Counted from the first letter of the stretch, positions 1-12,690 are shown. The stretch: DNA of 64,000 bases from Takakia lepidozioides (GCA_030704615.1 CM060733.1:60326001-60390000), one strand, 5' to 3'. The notes: a model not told the origin generated them from the sequence alone. A program made the numbers and translations.

Positions 1-217
1 GATGCAGAAAAACTGCTCCTTTGAGGAAATAAATATATACATTCAATGTTGTTTCAATTCACATTCTGAATGTATGTAATATTTTCTGAGATGAAGGCCT
101 ACATGCACTCATACTGTTCCCACTTATGCAAGTTCGTCAAAAGGCCAAACAATACAGTCCAGTAGACAACCACCCCACGTCCTCACTTGGGCAGACTCCT
201 TGGTTCTACTATTAACT

Positions 218-600
218 ACTGTTAGCAGACTACAGCAGTCTCCGTCTGTTTGACCAGTCTATCGCGCAGTCTGCTGGCCGCTGAGCAGTCTGCCGGCTAG
301 TCTGTTGCATGCTGAGAAGTCTGTCGCGCAGTGTGCTGGCCGCTCATCAGTCTGCTCGGCAGAGTGTGTGCACTTTGATGCATAGTTATATGTGTGCAGT
401 TGGGCTCCGTGTCTGGGCGAGTACGCTCCGTGGGAGCAGTCCGATGGACAGTGCAGAAGACCACATAGTCAGTCCATACTGTATGTCTGCTGGACCACCC
501 AGTCTGTTAGCCGAAAACCATCAGCAGACTTGGCAGTGTTATTCTGTACTTGTGCAGTCTGCTTAGTAGTCTGTTTGGCCATTTCCGCGGTCTGTTGAGC
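218..600. repeat. CAGTCTGC/GCAGACTG-rich low-complexity tract, reading as QQT-like repeats on the minus strand
   Basis: Repeated cagtctg/cagact motifs at ~225-360 and ~485-575, the same motif family as the intron array at 2103-2715. Confidence 0.6.
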
Positions 601-715
601 AGAATGCCCAGTCTTCCGCAACTGGACGGTGGGGCGCTCTGAGCTCTGATGGAATGCACTTCCAGGCTGTTAATGATGCAAACATGTATGCACTCTCAAG
701 CAGATTGTGGACCTT

Positions 716-3700
716 TTATTTCTCTGCATGGAATATGATGGCATAACATTGTTTTGCTGTGTGAGTATGTTGTCTACTTGGGTCCCGCCAAACGGTCTGA
801 AACCTTAACAATTCTAGAGTATATTTTCGTTGCAGGTGTTGGGGCATACACCCTATTGCGCGTTCTCCGCAAGACTCTGGGTCGGGTTTTCCATGCTTCG
901 ACAAAATCCCTCTTCCTTTTCAGAGACAAATTATTATTGTCGTCAACAGGTCGGAAAGGTTTTGCTGCACGAGGATGTAGCATCCCAGTTGGCCAGGATA
1001 TCAACAAGCTGCCCTCTACAGATTCGAAGGCACGACAGCACATGTGTCTCGAGGTACTTGTCATCACCCACAATACGAAGTATATCTGACCATTCTTCGG
1101 CCATACTCAGTGGGACGTAGACGGGTTCCTCGAGGGGTGCAAAGTCACAATCCTCCACAGGTCTGTCCATTGCGACAGTCGTTGTATCCAACATCAGATT
1201 ATGCAATCCTCCATGTATGGTTCCGAGCGCCGTGCCACATGCACGCACTATGAGTCCATCCTGCAAGTCGGGATGAAGCAACTTCAGCACTTTCACTTGG
1301 TGTTTGCACAAATTGCCTTTCATTGCCCATGGGCAAGTGCAAGAAGCCCAATCCGATCCAGGGTTGTAAACAATGTAGGTAGTGTCTGGGTGATTGCTGC
1401 TTAGCACATACGCTGGTTGTCCTTCCACCAAGGGTAGAGTCACATTGCTCGCTGGAATGTCCCTGGCCGCTAGCACAGAGCTAGATATGTACTTTTCCTG
1501 TTTGTCATTGCGTATGAACCCATGCGTCTTCAAATGAATTGCGTACCAGTAGTGTGTGAGCACACGGCCCGTGAGTTCCCATATTAGCCAATCGACTCTT
1601 CGACCATCATTGTGCCTTTCCCCATCCTCAGTCTAGCCTTCAAGTTTCTATGGTATGCCTCATGCTAGCATTTGTGTCTTGACTGGCATGTGGAACATGA
1701 CGAGCAGCAGTACACCACATTGCTATTTTAGGAGACCATTCCTTGTTGATGTCCTTTAAAATTCCCGGGCATTCCGATATTTCTTCTCATTTCCCTGATT
1801 GTTTTGGCAACCCATGGAAGCGCTTTTTTTGGGATCGCTTGTTCCACCTCTACAGTACATGAGGTCTCCCATATCCTTCAACACGTTTGCTGCTGTACGA
1901 GATCTTTGGTCTTCTGGCATGATTGCTTTACCCATGCCTTGCAGACATGCCAAAGGCACAGGAAAATGAGGACTCCTTTGAAAGCAACCCTGCACATAAC
2001 ACATCCATATGAGGCACTTCAGAGGGAACTCCGTTTGGTGGACACCTCCGAGTGCTGGAGACAAACCCTAAACTTCACACCAACCCCTAAACGGACTTGG
2101 TGGTAGTACAACTACCTGCGGGTGTGGCGGGCTGACTTCCCCTCCCAAGTCTGCTAGCAGACCCATGAAGCATGGCAGCGGACTTGGCCCTGTGAGTCTT
2201 GTGGCGGACGCGGCCTGGTGAGTCTGCCAGCGGACTCGGCCAGTTCAGTGTACTAGCAGACTCGCCCCCGCAAGTCTGCCAGCGGAGTTGGTCCGTTGAC
2301 TGCAAGCGGACTCGTCCACACGAGTGTGCAATGGAGTCTCCGAGTCGAGTCTGCCAACAGAATCACGCATTGCGAGTCTGCCAGGGTGCTCGCCCAAAGC
2401 GTGTCTGCCAGCCGAGTAGCCCAAAGCAGACTCCACACCACCCCCTATACGAACTTTGCTCGCAAGACCTGCCTACGAGTCTGGCGGGCCGACTTCCCCT
2501 CCTAAGTCTCGCCAGCAGACCCATGAAGGGTGCCAGCTGACTCGCCCCTTCAAGTCTTCTGGCGGACTCGCCGTGCAAATCTACCAGCGCTTGGTCGGCG
2601 AGTCGGCTTGCCTACGCGACTTGGTCCTAGTCCAGTCTGCCAGCAGACTCGCGCATGTGAGTCTCTCAGGAACTGTCGCACGCACTCTGCCCAGACTCTT
2701 CCAAAGCACACTATGACGACAGTTGCATGCAGAGGACTTCGACAGTGGGTGTCCTGTTGAGGTATGGAAGACTCACCTTATAGCGTTGATTTCAGCGTCC
2801 GCATCATCGACAATGAAGGCATTGGGTCGCCAGGTCGACATATTTGCGTGGAGTCGGTCACGCAAGGCTGTCATCCACGGCACCAGGTCTGTTGTCCTAT
2901 TCCTGGCGGATATGATGTCGCAAGTGGTATACCGTTCAGCCACTCGTCGAAAACGATCAATGTGTACAATGGGAACTGCTCAGATGCACTATTTCACTAT
3001 GTCAGTTGGTTCCAATGTGCAACATCCTACGAAAATTGATTTGCAGAAATGGTAAGAGGGATGAATCGTCCTTGTGGTGATTTGTCCCGAGGGTTGCATC
3101 GCATGCAACGATACGCGTATGTCCAATGAAGCATTCTCTGCTTCTGCCACTCAGTTTGAATGCCAATAGTGAATGTGAAATCTCCATCGTAATGCTTGAA
3201 GATTGGCGCCAATGTTTCTTCTCGATAGAAGAAGACTGATGCGGGGTTCAGGTCTTTCCACATGCGGACGCTGTCGGCATCGTTGGCATGCTTTTTGAAC
3301 GTCTGCCATGCCCCCGTTTCTAGCCATGTTGCGACATCTGCTCGAAGAGAATCATCCGTGTCCATCGCATCTCCCAAACCTGTTTTTTCATGACATGCTC
3401 CTTGTGTTCCATCAGGATTTGTCGACCGTGAGGCCTCGACACAAACACTCAACGACCCAGGCTTTCAATTCCTGGCTAATGCGGGTGCGTAGGCTGCGCC
3501 GTGTGTTCCCTGAACGCTGCGGTCTTGCCATGGGAGGGTTTTCCTAGGGCATCGACGTGCTCCATGTTTTATAGTATGTGAGGACACAAATGTCTGGGGC
3601 AAAGATAAGATTGTTGCCCTTTGAAACAACAAAGGCACCCGCGCTTGTACGACTCTCCGTAGTCCTACTTCTTCCTTCTTGGGCCTTTATGCGGGTGTTT

Positions 3701-4733
3701 AGTCCCAGCACCCACATCCGGACCTCCGCGCTTTGTTTTGGATCCTCGACAGTTGCATTGACCGTGCGTTTGTCGTCGGGTCCGGTAGCAGCATTGACAC
3801 CTATCAAATGGAATTCAAAAGCCAAAATATCAACCTATGGACTTATTAAGCCACAGTCGGAGACAAATACAAATCACAACAACAATGCAGTGAGATCCCT
3901 AAACCACAATGAGGATGTTGCACACATGATACTGCTCAAGAAGGTGTTCCCTCTGGGAGCTTTCCCCACTCGACGTCCACTTTACTGTGCACATGTACCC
4001 AATATTGAGTGGGGCAGTCCTCCACACTCTCCTCTCCATGGACGAAGTCCGCAACTCTATCCCAAGGTATACAGGTCTTTTTTAAAAGCACTTGCACCCC
4101 CCTACCCATATTGCGTTTCACACTCCAATGGATGTCCTTATTGTTGAAAGGTCCTGGTTTCGGTGGTTTGCAAATTTTTGTCGAAGAGAGGGCGTATAGC
4201 CGGCTCTCAAATTGCTGAATGTCGTCGGCTTTCGCTCCTACGTCCATGCCCTGTACAGTGCAGAACACACGCTCCAAAAGAACCTGCAACGAAAGCGCCG
4301 CAGGACACGATGGAGAACGTGCACGGAGAAACAGACCCACGTTTACAGCTAGTGGCAGATGGCAGGGCGGCAGAGATAAGGCCCTAAATTGGAGGGTTGC
4401 GATGGGATTCGTCGTGGACGGCCCAGATCTTGCGGGCGGGCGGGCGGACACGCGGATAGGTGGACTACAAGGAGCGGACCTGCCCCAGCGGAGCGGCCGG
4501 TGGACGGAGCCCGGGAGGGCAGCCGCGGCTTGGTGCAACCGCAGCAGCAGCGGCGGGCGTGGGCGACCGCGGGCAGCGGCGGGCGGGTGGGGGGGGGTCA
4601 CCGTCCTTCTCGCACGCTTGCGTTCATGACCCTATTATTGTAAAATGAGAGGCTAGGTGTATAGCGTCAATTAATTCGCTAGATGTCATTTTTTGGGGAG
4701 TGAAATTTGCCTAACGGCGGGCCCTAAGGGTTA
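716..4733 (-). mobile_element. Decayed intron-containing MULE-type (Mutator-like) transposase with SWIM zinc finger, related to the plant At1g60560-type SWIM family
   Basis: Minus-strand pieces in the expected order: IPWDRVADFVHGEE...CPT (~4000-4080); FTIGIQTEWQK...CDATLGTN (~3080-3180); FPLYTLIVFDEWLNGIP and AFIVDDADAEINAIR ending at donor GTGAGT (2776); acceptor at 1990 then VAFKGVLIFLCLWHVCKAW (CxxH motif); SWIM CTCPWAMKGNLCKH in ORF 943-1563. Multiple frameshifts. GC-rich 5' region 4380-4630 with an abrupt switch to AT-rich DNA at ~4735. The 3' limit is not defined. Confidence 0.8.
2103..2715. repeat. Array of ~10-12 imperfect 16-bp palindromes (AGTCTGC-NN-GCAGACT) inside the transposase intron
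   Basis: Units at ~2148, 2222, 2273, 2348, 2375, 2402, 2506, 2553 and 2634. A ~50-bp block is duplicated (2120-2170 vs 2478-2530). Confidence 0.8.
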
Positions 4734-5925
4734 GTGACCACATGATTATGAATATTAATGTTGTGGAGTTTCTATTATTATATGGTAGTTTCATACATTT
4801 CACATGAGCAAGGAGTATTATTTATCTGGTTGAATCATATTTCTGTATTATATCAAGTGTCTTCTTTTTCATAATGATTGTAATAAGATTTCTTAGTTAG
4901 AACACTATGCTTACAATTGTCACCATGCTACATTTGACTTAAAGTCATCTTTTAAGTTGTCACGGTATCTTGTCATTGGTCATATTGTTTGATCTATCGT
5001 GCAACTATTGTCATTAAATTACAAATTATAATGCTATTTTTTCAAAACAAAGAACAAAAAATCAAGTTTATATTATTATTGAATATTAATTATTAATTTA
5101 AAAAAAAAGTCCAAATTCACTTCAAACCTAGTTATGGGTTTTTGTCCATGATTTCCAACCTTTTACCGATGCCATTACAGCCTACACGGGTTTGATTCGG
5201 TTCCCACATCTTGATCATTGTGGATGGGAATAGTTTTTATCAATACTAATTTATGATCCAAGAAGATTCTTTGTTCTAGGATCAGTTTTACACCAAAGCA
5301 CATTGATGACACAATAGATATGCATTTCAAATTGCGTCACAATGTTGTGAAGAGACTGTATCCAAACTTCATCTGATCTTGAGTATCATCTGTCACCACT
5401 CTCATACTCAGATATGGATACATGGCAATTATTGTTTCTTGCCATGTAAAAATATTACAAAAATGGATGGCAGCAATGGATCATGAGAACCCTACAATAT
5501 ACCAGATATACATATGCACCTAAATCAACCCACTTCAGTATGAATGCATAGCTTCAGTTGAAGAGGCAATGTCATTGGATTTTTATGCAAGCTATTAATT
5601 ATTTGACTGAGCAGTCTAAATATGAGCTTGTGTATACTTGTGTGTGGGTATCATCCTTTACATATAAATTTCCTATTAGACAATTTGTGATTGAGGGTGC
5701 AAAAGCCTTAGACATGCATGATCATCTCACTGCCATAAATCTATTTGAAGAGAAATTATTGTTGCAGTTGCTAGTAAAATGCCGTTGGTAGTATAATAGT
5801 ATGATCACACCTCATACTTTTGCAAAAAACTTGCAACCAAGGGACATGTCACAAATCACCAACTTCACTATGCAAGTCTAGGAATGAAATGCTTCCAGAT
5901 CTGGCCCACAAAATATTTGCTTACG

Positions 5926-6835
5926 TTAGCCTCCCCCTTTTGCCTTCCTTTGTTGAAAATTGCAGGCCATGAGTGGGATGAATATCCCAGCGAAAACACC
6001 ACCAAAAACAAGCAATCCGAATTTAAGGTTACGGTTAGTCATTTTTGTAATGTCATACATGGTCTCGGCATGAATGTAGTCATTACTGTAGCCCTTGTGT
6101 TCCATAGCATGAACTTCCTTTGCGCCTACACCATGAACTTGACGTGTTCCTACAGTTGCATCAACAACCATGTGTTTAGAATTTGAGATGTCATTGAAAA
6201 TAATCTCAATTTTCCGACCTTTTTAGGGTTTATTCTTCCCTAAATTAACAAAAATAGTCACTACATGCAACAACTATCGAATTAGCTTTGGGGGTGATGT
6301 AGTGAACTCAATCATCAGATTTGACCTCGATGATATATATGTCCTAAAATTTTAATTTGTCCTATGCTATTGGCAATTCTGACACATCATAATTACGGAG
6401 ACAATGGTTTTCGAGATATCTCTATCTCGTTAAGGAACAACATGATCTATAAAGACCTTGTGGAATAAACAATATACCTGGCATGAATATGCATCCCAAC
6501 ATGAACAAAAGATAGGCAGGCATTGTGAGTATAATACCTATATTAAAGCGACAATTGTAGATTCAAAATCTACAGAATCAAAGATTTTTTTTTTTGAAAG
6601 TAGACTGCTCAATGTGCATTGAAACCCAACAAAGCTCAATGAGCTTGACTCTATGAAAGAAAGCTCGATTCTATTAGTGTGAAATATGTCAATGTTGTAT
6701 GAGTTTTTATCCGAAAGACACATGTTGATCTACCAAGGTACTGAGGAAGAAGAGCGTACCAGAGAGGGTTGTGGATAATGACACAAACTTGGATGCTATA
6801 CGATGCGTGGCCGTGACTGTGGCAGCAGTCACCAT
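5926..6835 (-). CDS. Small mitochondrial inner-membrane protein, cytochrome c oxidase subunit 7c-like (At1g72020-type); two exons (6835-6760, 6149-5926)
   Basis: Exon 2 has YIHAETMYDITKM, a single TM helix and a PLMACNFQQRK C-terminus typical of this family. Exon 1 MVTAATVTATHRIASKFVSLSTTLS resembles a transit peptide. Phase-1 donor G|GTACGC and acceptor TGTAG|GA join in frame. Confidence 0.75.
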
Positions 6836-7769
6836 GGTCGACAATCTTGCCTATTATTGTCTTGTCTGTTGCTCTCTATTGTGAATCCTCAAGACTGAAG
6901 AATATTCACCTGGAGCTCTGGCATTTAATATGAGACATTATGACTAATTAGGTGATAGTTATAAACGCACAAATAGACAAACAGATCGATCAATTTACTA
7001 TCAAAACAATAACCAATAGAGATGAAACAAAAGGTTGAGATAGAGGAAATTAATTGATACGTTGTAACGTCCCCGGAAAGCTAAAAAAACTTAAGCTTAT
7101 GGGACAAAAGAAAGAATGAAAGGAGAAAGTGTGACGGCCCTCCACAAGCAGTCCAAACGTAACTATTGGTCAAAGGATTTACTAAGAAGAATGAAGTAAG
7201 ACATTTAAGCAGAAAAAATGGAGGGATAGAGTGTTGCAAAACTCACGATTCGTTCCATGCAAGAAAATACTGAGAACGAAATGCTTTACGAAATGCGTAA
7301 TGCAGGGTCATGGCCTTGGCAAATAAATTATAAAACTATACTGAAATCACACCGATTCTTTCGAGCATATCTCGACCTTGATCACTTCCCATAAAAATGG
7401 CAATCATTAGAATGTATCGAAGATTAAAGCAAAATTTTATGCGTCACAGACCAACAAAACGATAAGAACTAAGAAATGTACCTATAATTATATATTTTTC
7501 ACATACTCCAACATGCTTTAACGAAATCCAACATCTTTGCACTTCCAAGACTAGGAGCCCATGATGCAACTTGCATCGGCAAGTTTGAGAGTGAGGGGGA
7601 GGGGAAAATGGAAAGGTGGTTGTAACTTGTTACAACGGCAAGTACAACGGTTACCACAATTTTGAATTAACGACACTATTAGCCAACCACAACTTGTAAC
7701 TAATCTTCTGTTTAGCGAAGAGGTTAGTGAGATGTTTAGTGAATAATACGTCATTAGATGGATATTTTA

Positions 7770-8115
7770 TTTAATTGAAGCTTGCCGCTTGGCTACACCT
7801 GACAGTGCAAAAGCGGTGTTGGCCAAGGGTGTGACGGCTATACCAAATTCGGTGAAGCTGTGGATACAGGCATCGAAGCTGGAGCCGGATGATGTCAGCA
7901 AGAGTCTGGTGTTGAGGAAGGCGTTGCAATACATTCCGGACTTCGTGCACTTGTGGAAGGAGTTGGTGGAAAAGTCCACCGAGGATGATGCACGCATCCT
8001 TCTGTCCCAAACAGTTGAATGCTGCCTGTTAAACACCGAGCTGTGGCTAGCCCTGGCACGCCTCGAGAGTACTTACGACAATGCCAAGACGGTGTTGAAC
8101 AAGGCACGGTCCTAA
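7770..8115 (+). pseudogene. PRP6: Fragment of pre-mRNA splicing factor PRP6/STA1 (HAT/TPR repeats)
   Basis: IEACRLATPDSAKAVLAKGVTAIPNSVKLWIQASKLE...KALQYIPD..LWK...ELWLALARLE..NAKTVLNKAR matches the PRP6 HAT region. Only ~115 codons, ending at a stop, and flanked by TE debris. Confidence 0.8.
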
Positions 8116-8214
8116 TCGTGATGTTAGTTGGATCGCTCCTAGTGTGAATGCAGATAGATGATTTGTCTGCTTAGATCCCAAAGCATCATCATAGATTACG
8201 AATCACAATTCTAA

Positions 8215-8795
8215 TTACATACCTATCACCCTGTTGAATGTCTTATAAAATCATAGCTAAATCTTTAGCCTTACGCCTGCAACGGATTTTGCCCGTGATC
8301 ATTAGACCTTCGCAATCTGGTTTTGTTAAGAACATGATACTTCTTGACAATATCATTGGCTATTGAAGCCCTTCTTTTTGCTCAGTCCTCTGGTCAGCCT
8401 CTCCCGGTTGTCATGCTCGATTTTGAGAAGGCTTTTGACAAAATCAATTGGCATTTTTTAAAATTAATGGGGTTTTTTTGTAAGATATGGTTTTTTTTTT
8501 TCTTTACCTCTTGGGTCAAGCTGCTCATTTCTTGATCTGCCTCCAGCCGCGTAATTACCAATGGGCATCTCTCTAAACCTTTCTCCCCTTGAAAGGTGGG
8601 TTTGTCAATTTTGTTTCTCATTGTTGCTAATTGCATGGGTTACATGTTTGATGATCATCTGGTGATTCTTGGTTTATCCATCCTACACCAGCACTGTCAT
8701 TTCAATCTCAATATTTCTTGTTATGCCGACGACACCACTCTGTTCCTACGGAATGACCAACAGACTAACATTGACAATGCATTATCTATTTTGGT
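8215..8795 (+). mobile_element. Decayed L1-like LINE reverse transcriptase fragment
   Basis: PITLLN..YKIIAKSLALRL, QSGFVK, MLDFEKAFDKINW and YADD motifs, with frameshifts and stops. Confidence 0.85.
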
Positions 8796-10113
8796 TCACC
8801 AAGATAATTGGATGGACCTTCTGCCCTTGGCTGAGTTTGCCTACAACAACACTATACATTCTTCGACCAAACAGACTCCATTTTTTCTCCAATTATGGTC
8901 ATCATGCTTGAGCCAACCCTTTCCACATGAAGACCATTGGAAGCCTGCTGCAGAAAATATTGCTACTCATCTTGCTACGATTTACAAGGAGCTTATATTT
9001 CACTTAGCAGAAGCTCAAAAACAATACAAGGAGTATGCAGATCAACATCGACAACTTCAACCCTAGTTCAAGGTCGGAGATCGTGTGTGGCTTCTTCGAC
9101 GGGACATACAAACCTCGCGAGCATCAAGGAGGTTGGATTATCAACGCCTAGATTTATTCAAAATTATTCGACAAATAAATCCGGTCAGTTTTCGGCTTGA
9201 ACTCCCACGAAGTATACGCATCCATCCAGTCTTTCATGTTTCATTATTGGAGTTGTATCATCCATCGAATATTCCAGGGAAGAGTTTCTATACCACCTCC
9301 ACCAATCAAAGTCAATTAGGAAATTGAGTATGAAGTCGACAAAGTCCTAGACTCTCGCATCAAGTATAAACGTCTTGAGTATTTCGTACACTAGAAAGAC
9401 TATGACATCAGCGAACGAATGTGGGAACCGTCATCCAACCTCGCCAATACATCTGACAAAGTCCAAGAGTTTTATCAACGATATCCAGCTAAGCCCCGAG
9501 CTACACGTCAGTAAAACGTCACAACGATGATGTCAGTCAAGTTAGCTTCAAGGTGAAGACTCCACATTCACTGTACATGATACACGCTAAGGAGGGAGGA
9601 GCACCATACACCAGTATATATAGCTACACCTCCAGCACTCTTGCATCTTGTATCGGCAGCATGAAGTCACATGAATCAGATACATTTGAGCTGTTGCTTA
9701 CTCAACTGATCAGCCGTTCCGACTCTCACGACCTTCAACATCACGTCGACGCTCTCGAGACGATGGGTCACCAATGCGATGCGTACTTCTTCGTCTGGAC
9801 CCCGTATGACGACAAGTGGAGCCTACTCGAAGACTAATAATCTTGTTAGAGGTTGAGGCTTCGAACCCAGAGGGCAACGAAATCATGTTTGGAGGCAGTT
9901 TCGAAAATCAGAATGCTCAAATCACTACGTGGTTCCAAGTTCAAGGTGTTGGACACTATCGATGCTTATAGGGACCTATAAATTATTTGAGCCAAGAACG
10001 AAGAGCCGAATACTTGATAAGTATCATTCGTCGGATTTTGGATTTTCTCCGACTCTAAGCAAGTCCAACATTTTACCGCTCCTCGATGAACTCGGCGCTA
10101 GAGGAGGGGGTGA
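8796..10113 (+). mobile_element. Ty3/gypsy chromovirus 3' part: integrase C-terminus, chromodomain, 3' spacer and polypurine tract
   Basis: QDNWMDLLPLAEFAYNNTIHSSTKQTPF; FKVGDRVWL..RLDYQRL..HPVFHVSLL; chromodomain EYEVDKVLDSR..LEYFVH*K...WEP..NL (9326-9490); PPT GAGGAGGGGG at 10101-10110. Confidence 0.88.
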
Positions 10114-11066
10114 TGTCACGGACATAGCCCAGAAGAACTTATCAGGAGTAAATACCAGAAGTTACCAAATTATTATGTTATCAAAAGTGACCGTGATCTA
10201 CCATAATTTACTATAAGTTATCATTGGTTACCAAGATACCGGGAGTTTACCAAATTACAGAGAATAATTTGGGAAACTGCTCAGGAAGCTTCATTTGGTG
10301 GAAACTTCTCCATCAAGATACCTCCTTTGTTTAAAGGAAACTTCTCCATCAAGAAACTTTTGTTTAAAGAAACTTCTCCATCAAGAAACCTTTGTTTAAC
10401 CTTGGAAACTTCTCCATCAACATATCAGAACCTCCTTTGATGAAGTGGATAAGATTATTATACCAAGCCCTTGTTTTTTCTTGATAGACGAGTTGTTGAT
10501 GAAGAAATTAAAAACCCTCGTTCGGATATTGTTTCCATTTTTTTTATTGAACATATTCCAGAAGAGTGACACTTTAATTCCCAAGCTTCCGTTTGTTTCC
10601 TTAGAGAATCCGTTAATATAACTTTCATTGTACAAAATTATACAAAAATCCTAACAAAGACGCGAGACGAAAACACCAGGCGGTGATGCCAAAACCTCAA
10701 TTATGGAAGCTTCTTAGGGAACTTCGTAGTAGCCAGTATATATAAGAGGCGAGACTGGATACTCTTCAGTCTATCCAGTCTCGCCAACACAAGTTCAAGC
10801 TACTCTTGTTTCTAATTCCAGTACTCCAGTCCAACTTCCAATACTCTAGTCCAGTTTCCAGTATTTGGTACTCCAATCCAGTTTCCAGCATTCAAGTATT
10901 CAAGTCGAGTTCCAGTAACTTGTACTCTTATCCATTGTTATAAAGATCAACTTGATTCTTGTTTATCCATCATGCATTCGGCCACGCCGACCTTGACTTC
11001 TTGTCTAGTTTTGTACCTCTAATTTGATCTATTGTTTGTCTTTCAGTCATGTTCTCGTCCTTGACA
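10114..11066 (+). mobile_element. 3' LTR of the chromovirus (~953 bp)
   Basis: Starts TGTCACGGAC three bases after the PPT and ends GTCCTTGACA (inverted termini, TG..CA). Internal tandem repeats GGAAACTTCTCCATCAA x4 (10299-10420), TATA box at ~10737, and a 14-bp hairpin at 10748-10785. Confidence 0.85.
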
Positions 11067-11740
11067 ATTGCCTCTATCATTAAAAGTATTAAAATTACGA
11101 TCAAGAATTTTCTTTGGGGTGCGGCTAATGTTGGGGTCCCGCTGGGATTACTCGTAAGGCCCTGTTCTCTTGGACTTAGCTTTGCCTGAAAAAAAAGGTT
11201 AGGGGGTTTGGTATCATTCAATCGATCTCGAATCTTATATCACGGCCCTCCCCGGTAGGTGGGTGCCTAGATCCCTTTTTGCAGATGCTGGCCCCTGAAA
11301 TTATCTTATTTGGAATCATCTGGTTGCTGCTAAGCCAAAGGCAGAGCCACTTTGAAGTAGCTCACTGCGTTGGCTCTATTTGCAAGGTGGTAAATTCAAT
11401 CATAAACCTATCTACGGCTTTGATACTTGGTGCTCGATCTGATGTGCTTGGGTGAAACTTCGAAAATGTTTGTACCATCACCCACCTGGTTGCCGGGAAG
11501 AGGTAATGAGGCAGCCATTGTTTGGGAATCTTTAGCTGGATGATGAAGAATTGGCCAATTGCTCCCTGCCCTGGGCTTGCTGGGAATCTGTTGGCTTCAA
11601 CTCAGTGGATAATATTTGTATGGATGGTGTTCTCTTTCTCCCCCTCACCTGGACTCTCCTGACGTGATAATTGGCTTGCTCCATCCTGGCGGGATTGCCT
11701 TGGGGGTAACCCATGTGATGTTATTTTTGTCTCTAACCTC
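11067..11740 (+). mobile_element. Post-RT part of L1 ORF2, probably continuing the LINE interrupted by the LTR element
   Basis: KNFLW...GGLG-like and QPLFGN...W..VG motifs begin right after the LTR end. Confidence 0.6.
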
Positions 11741-12690
11741 AGGGTGCCATTAGAACGATCTTAGCATAGTCAGTTTCATGAAGACGAGATGCGATGATAA
11801 CTGTCTTCCAAGCGAGGTCCTGGCATAGGTTTTGTATACATATCTGAGGATCGAAAACGGATAGACAACCTAGGTAGTATAAAAAATGATTGGTTATATC
11901 AGGCAGGTTCACTAAGTATTGATCCGGAATATAAGGCACCGAGATGATTCTAGGTCCCCCAAAGTTTCTCATTTCTGTTTCCCATCTTGGATAACTAAGG
12001 AAAGATATCGATATTGAAGCCTTTGGTGTGATGATTGAATAACAAGGCTTGTGTAGCAGCTTCAGGGTTTTCAAAGACTAAGCTCTGTCAACTTTTCTTT
12101 TTGGAAAATGAACCAAAATGCCATGCTCCTCCATCGAAGCCACTCTTTTGTGCAAAGTCTGAGATAACCATGGAAATGAGAGGAAAGTCTTTGTCCATTG
12201 CTTCTCGACGAAGCAGAGTCTTCCTCGAACCAATCCTTAGCTGAAGGAGGTGAAAGAGGGGCCTCCATGATGGCAAAATCCAATTGAGGAATCTTGAGCA
12301 GGGGCTCGGGGATGAGAGTGGGTTAAAGGTGAAGGAGGGGGAAGGAACCCTTACAAAACCCTTGGAGTTGCAGAATTGCGATTGGGCCTAGTGCGCCAGG
12401 AAGAATCCAGTTCCGGAAGATGGCTGAAGTCTTCTCCACATAGGCAACGACGAATCCTTTGGAAATCGCGACCCCGTGATTTCCTTGAGCTTGACAAAAG
12501 AGTTTCCGGAGGGAGCCATTGATACCAACGAGGAAAGAGAAGACAAAAGAATTAGCAAAGAATACGTAAGAGCGGTGTATGGTTGTAAGGACGCTTGAGG
12601 CACTGAGAGTGAGGAGTAGGGAGAAGTGAGGGAGTGGCTCGACAACCCCAAGTAGCGGTAACACTGTCAACGAAGTGGACAATTACAATC
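11739..12690 (-). mobile_element. Possible decayed plant L1 ORF1 (DUF4283-like)
   Basis: GTGFFLAH, GAWHFG and IPDQY..LPDI...LG segments spread over several short minus-strand ORFs. Confidence 0.4.

Noticed and set aside
1-200. Ulp1-like protease tail of the MULE element
   Set aside because: Only a vague GWLS motif with stops, and no catalytic H/D/C pattern visible within the window.
2103-2715. CRISPR array interpretation of the spaced palindromes
   Set aside because: Repeats are short and degenerate, spacer lengths are irregular and partly duplicated, the context is a eukaryotic intron, and there are no cas genes.
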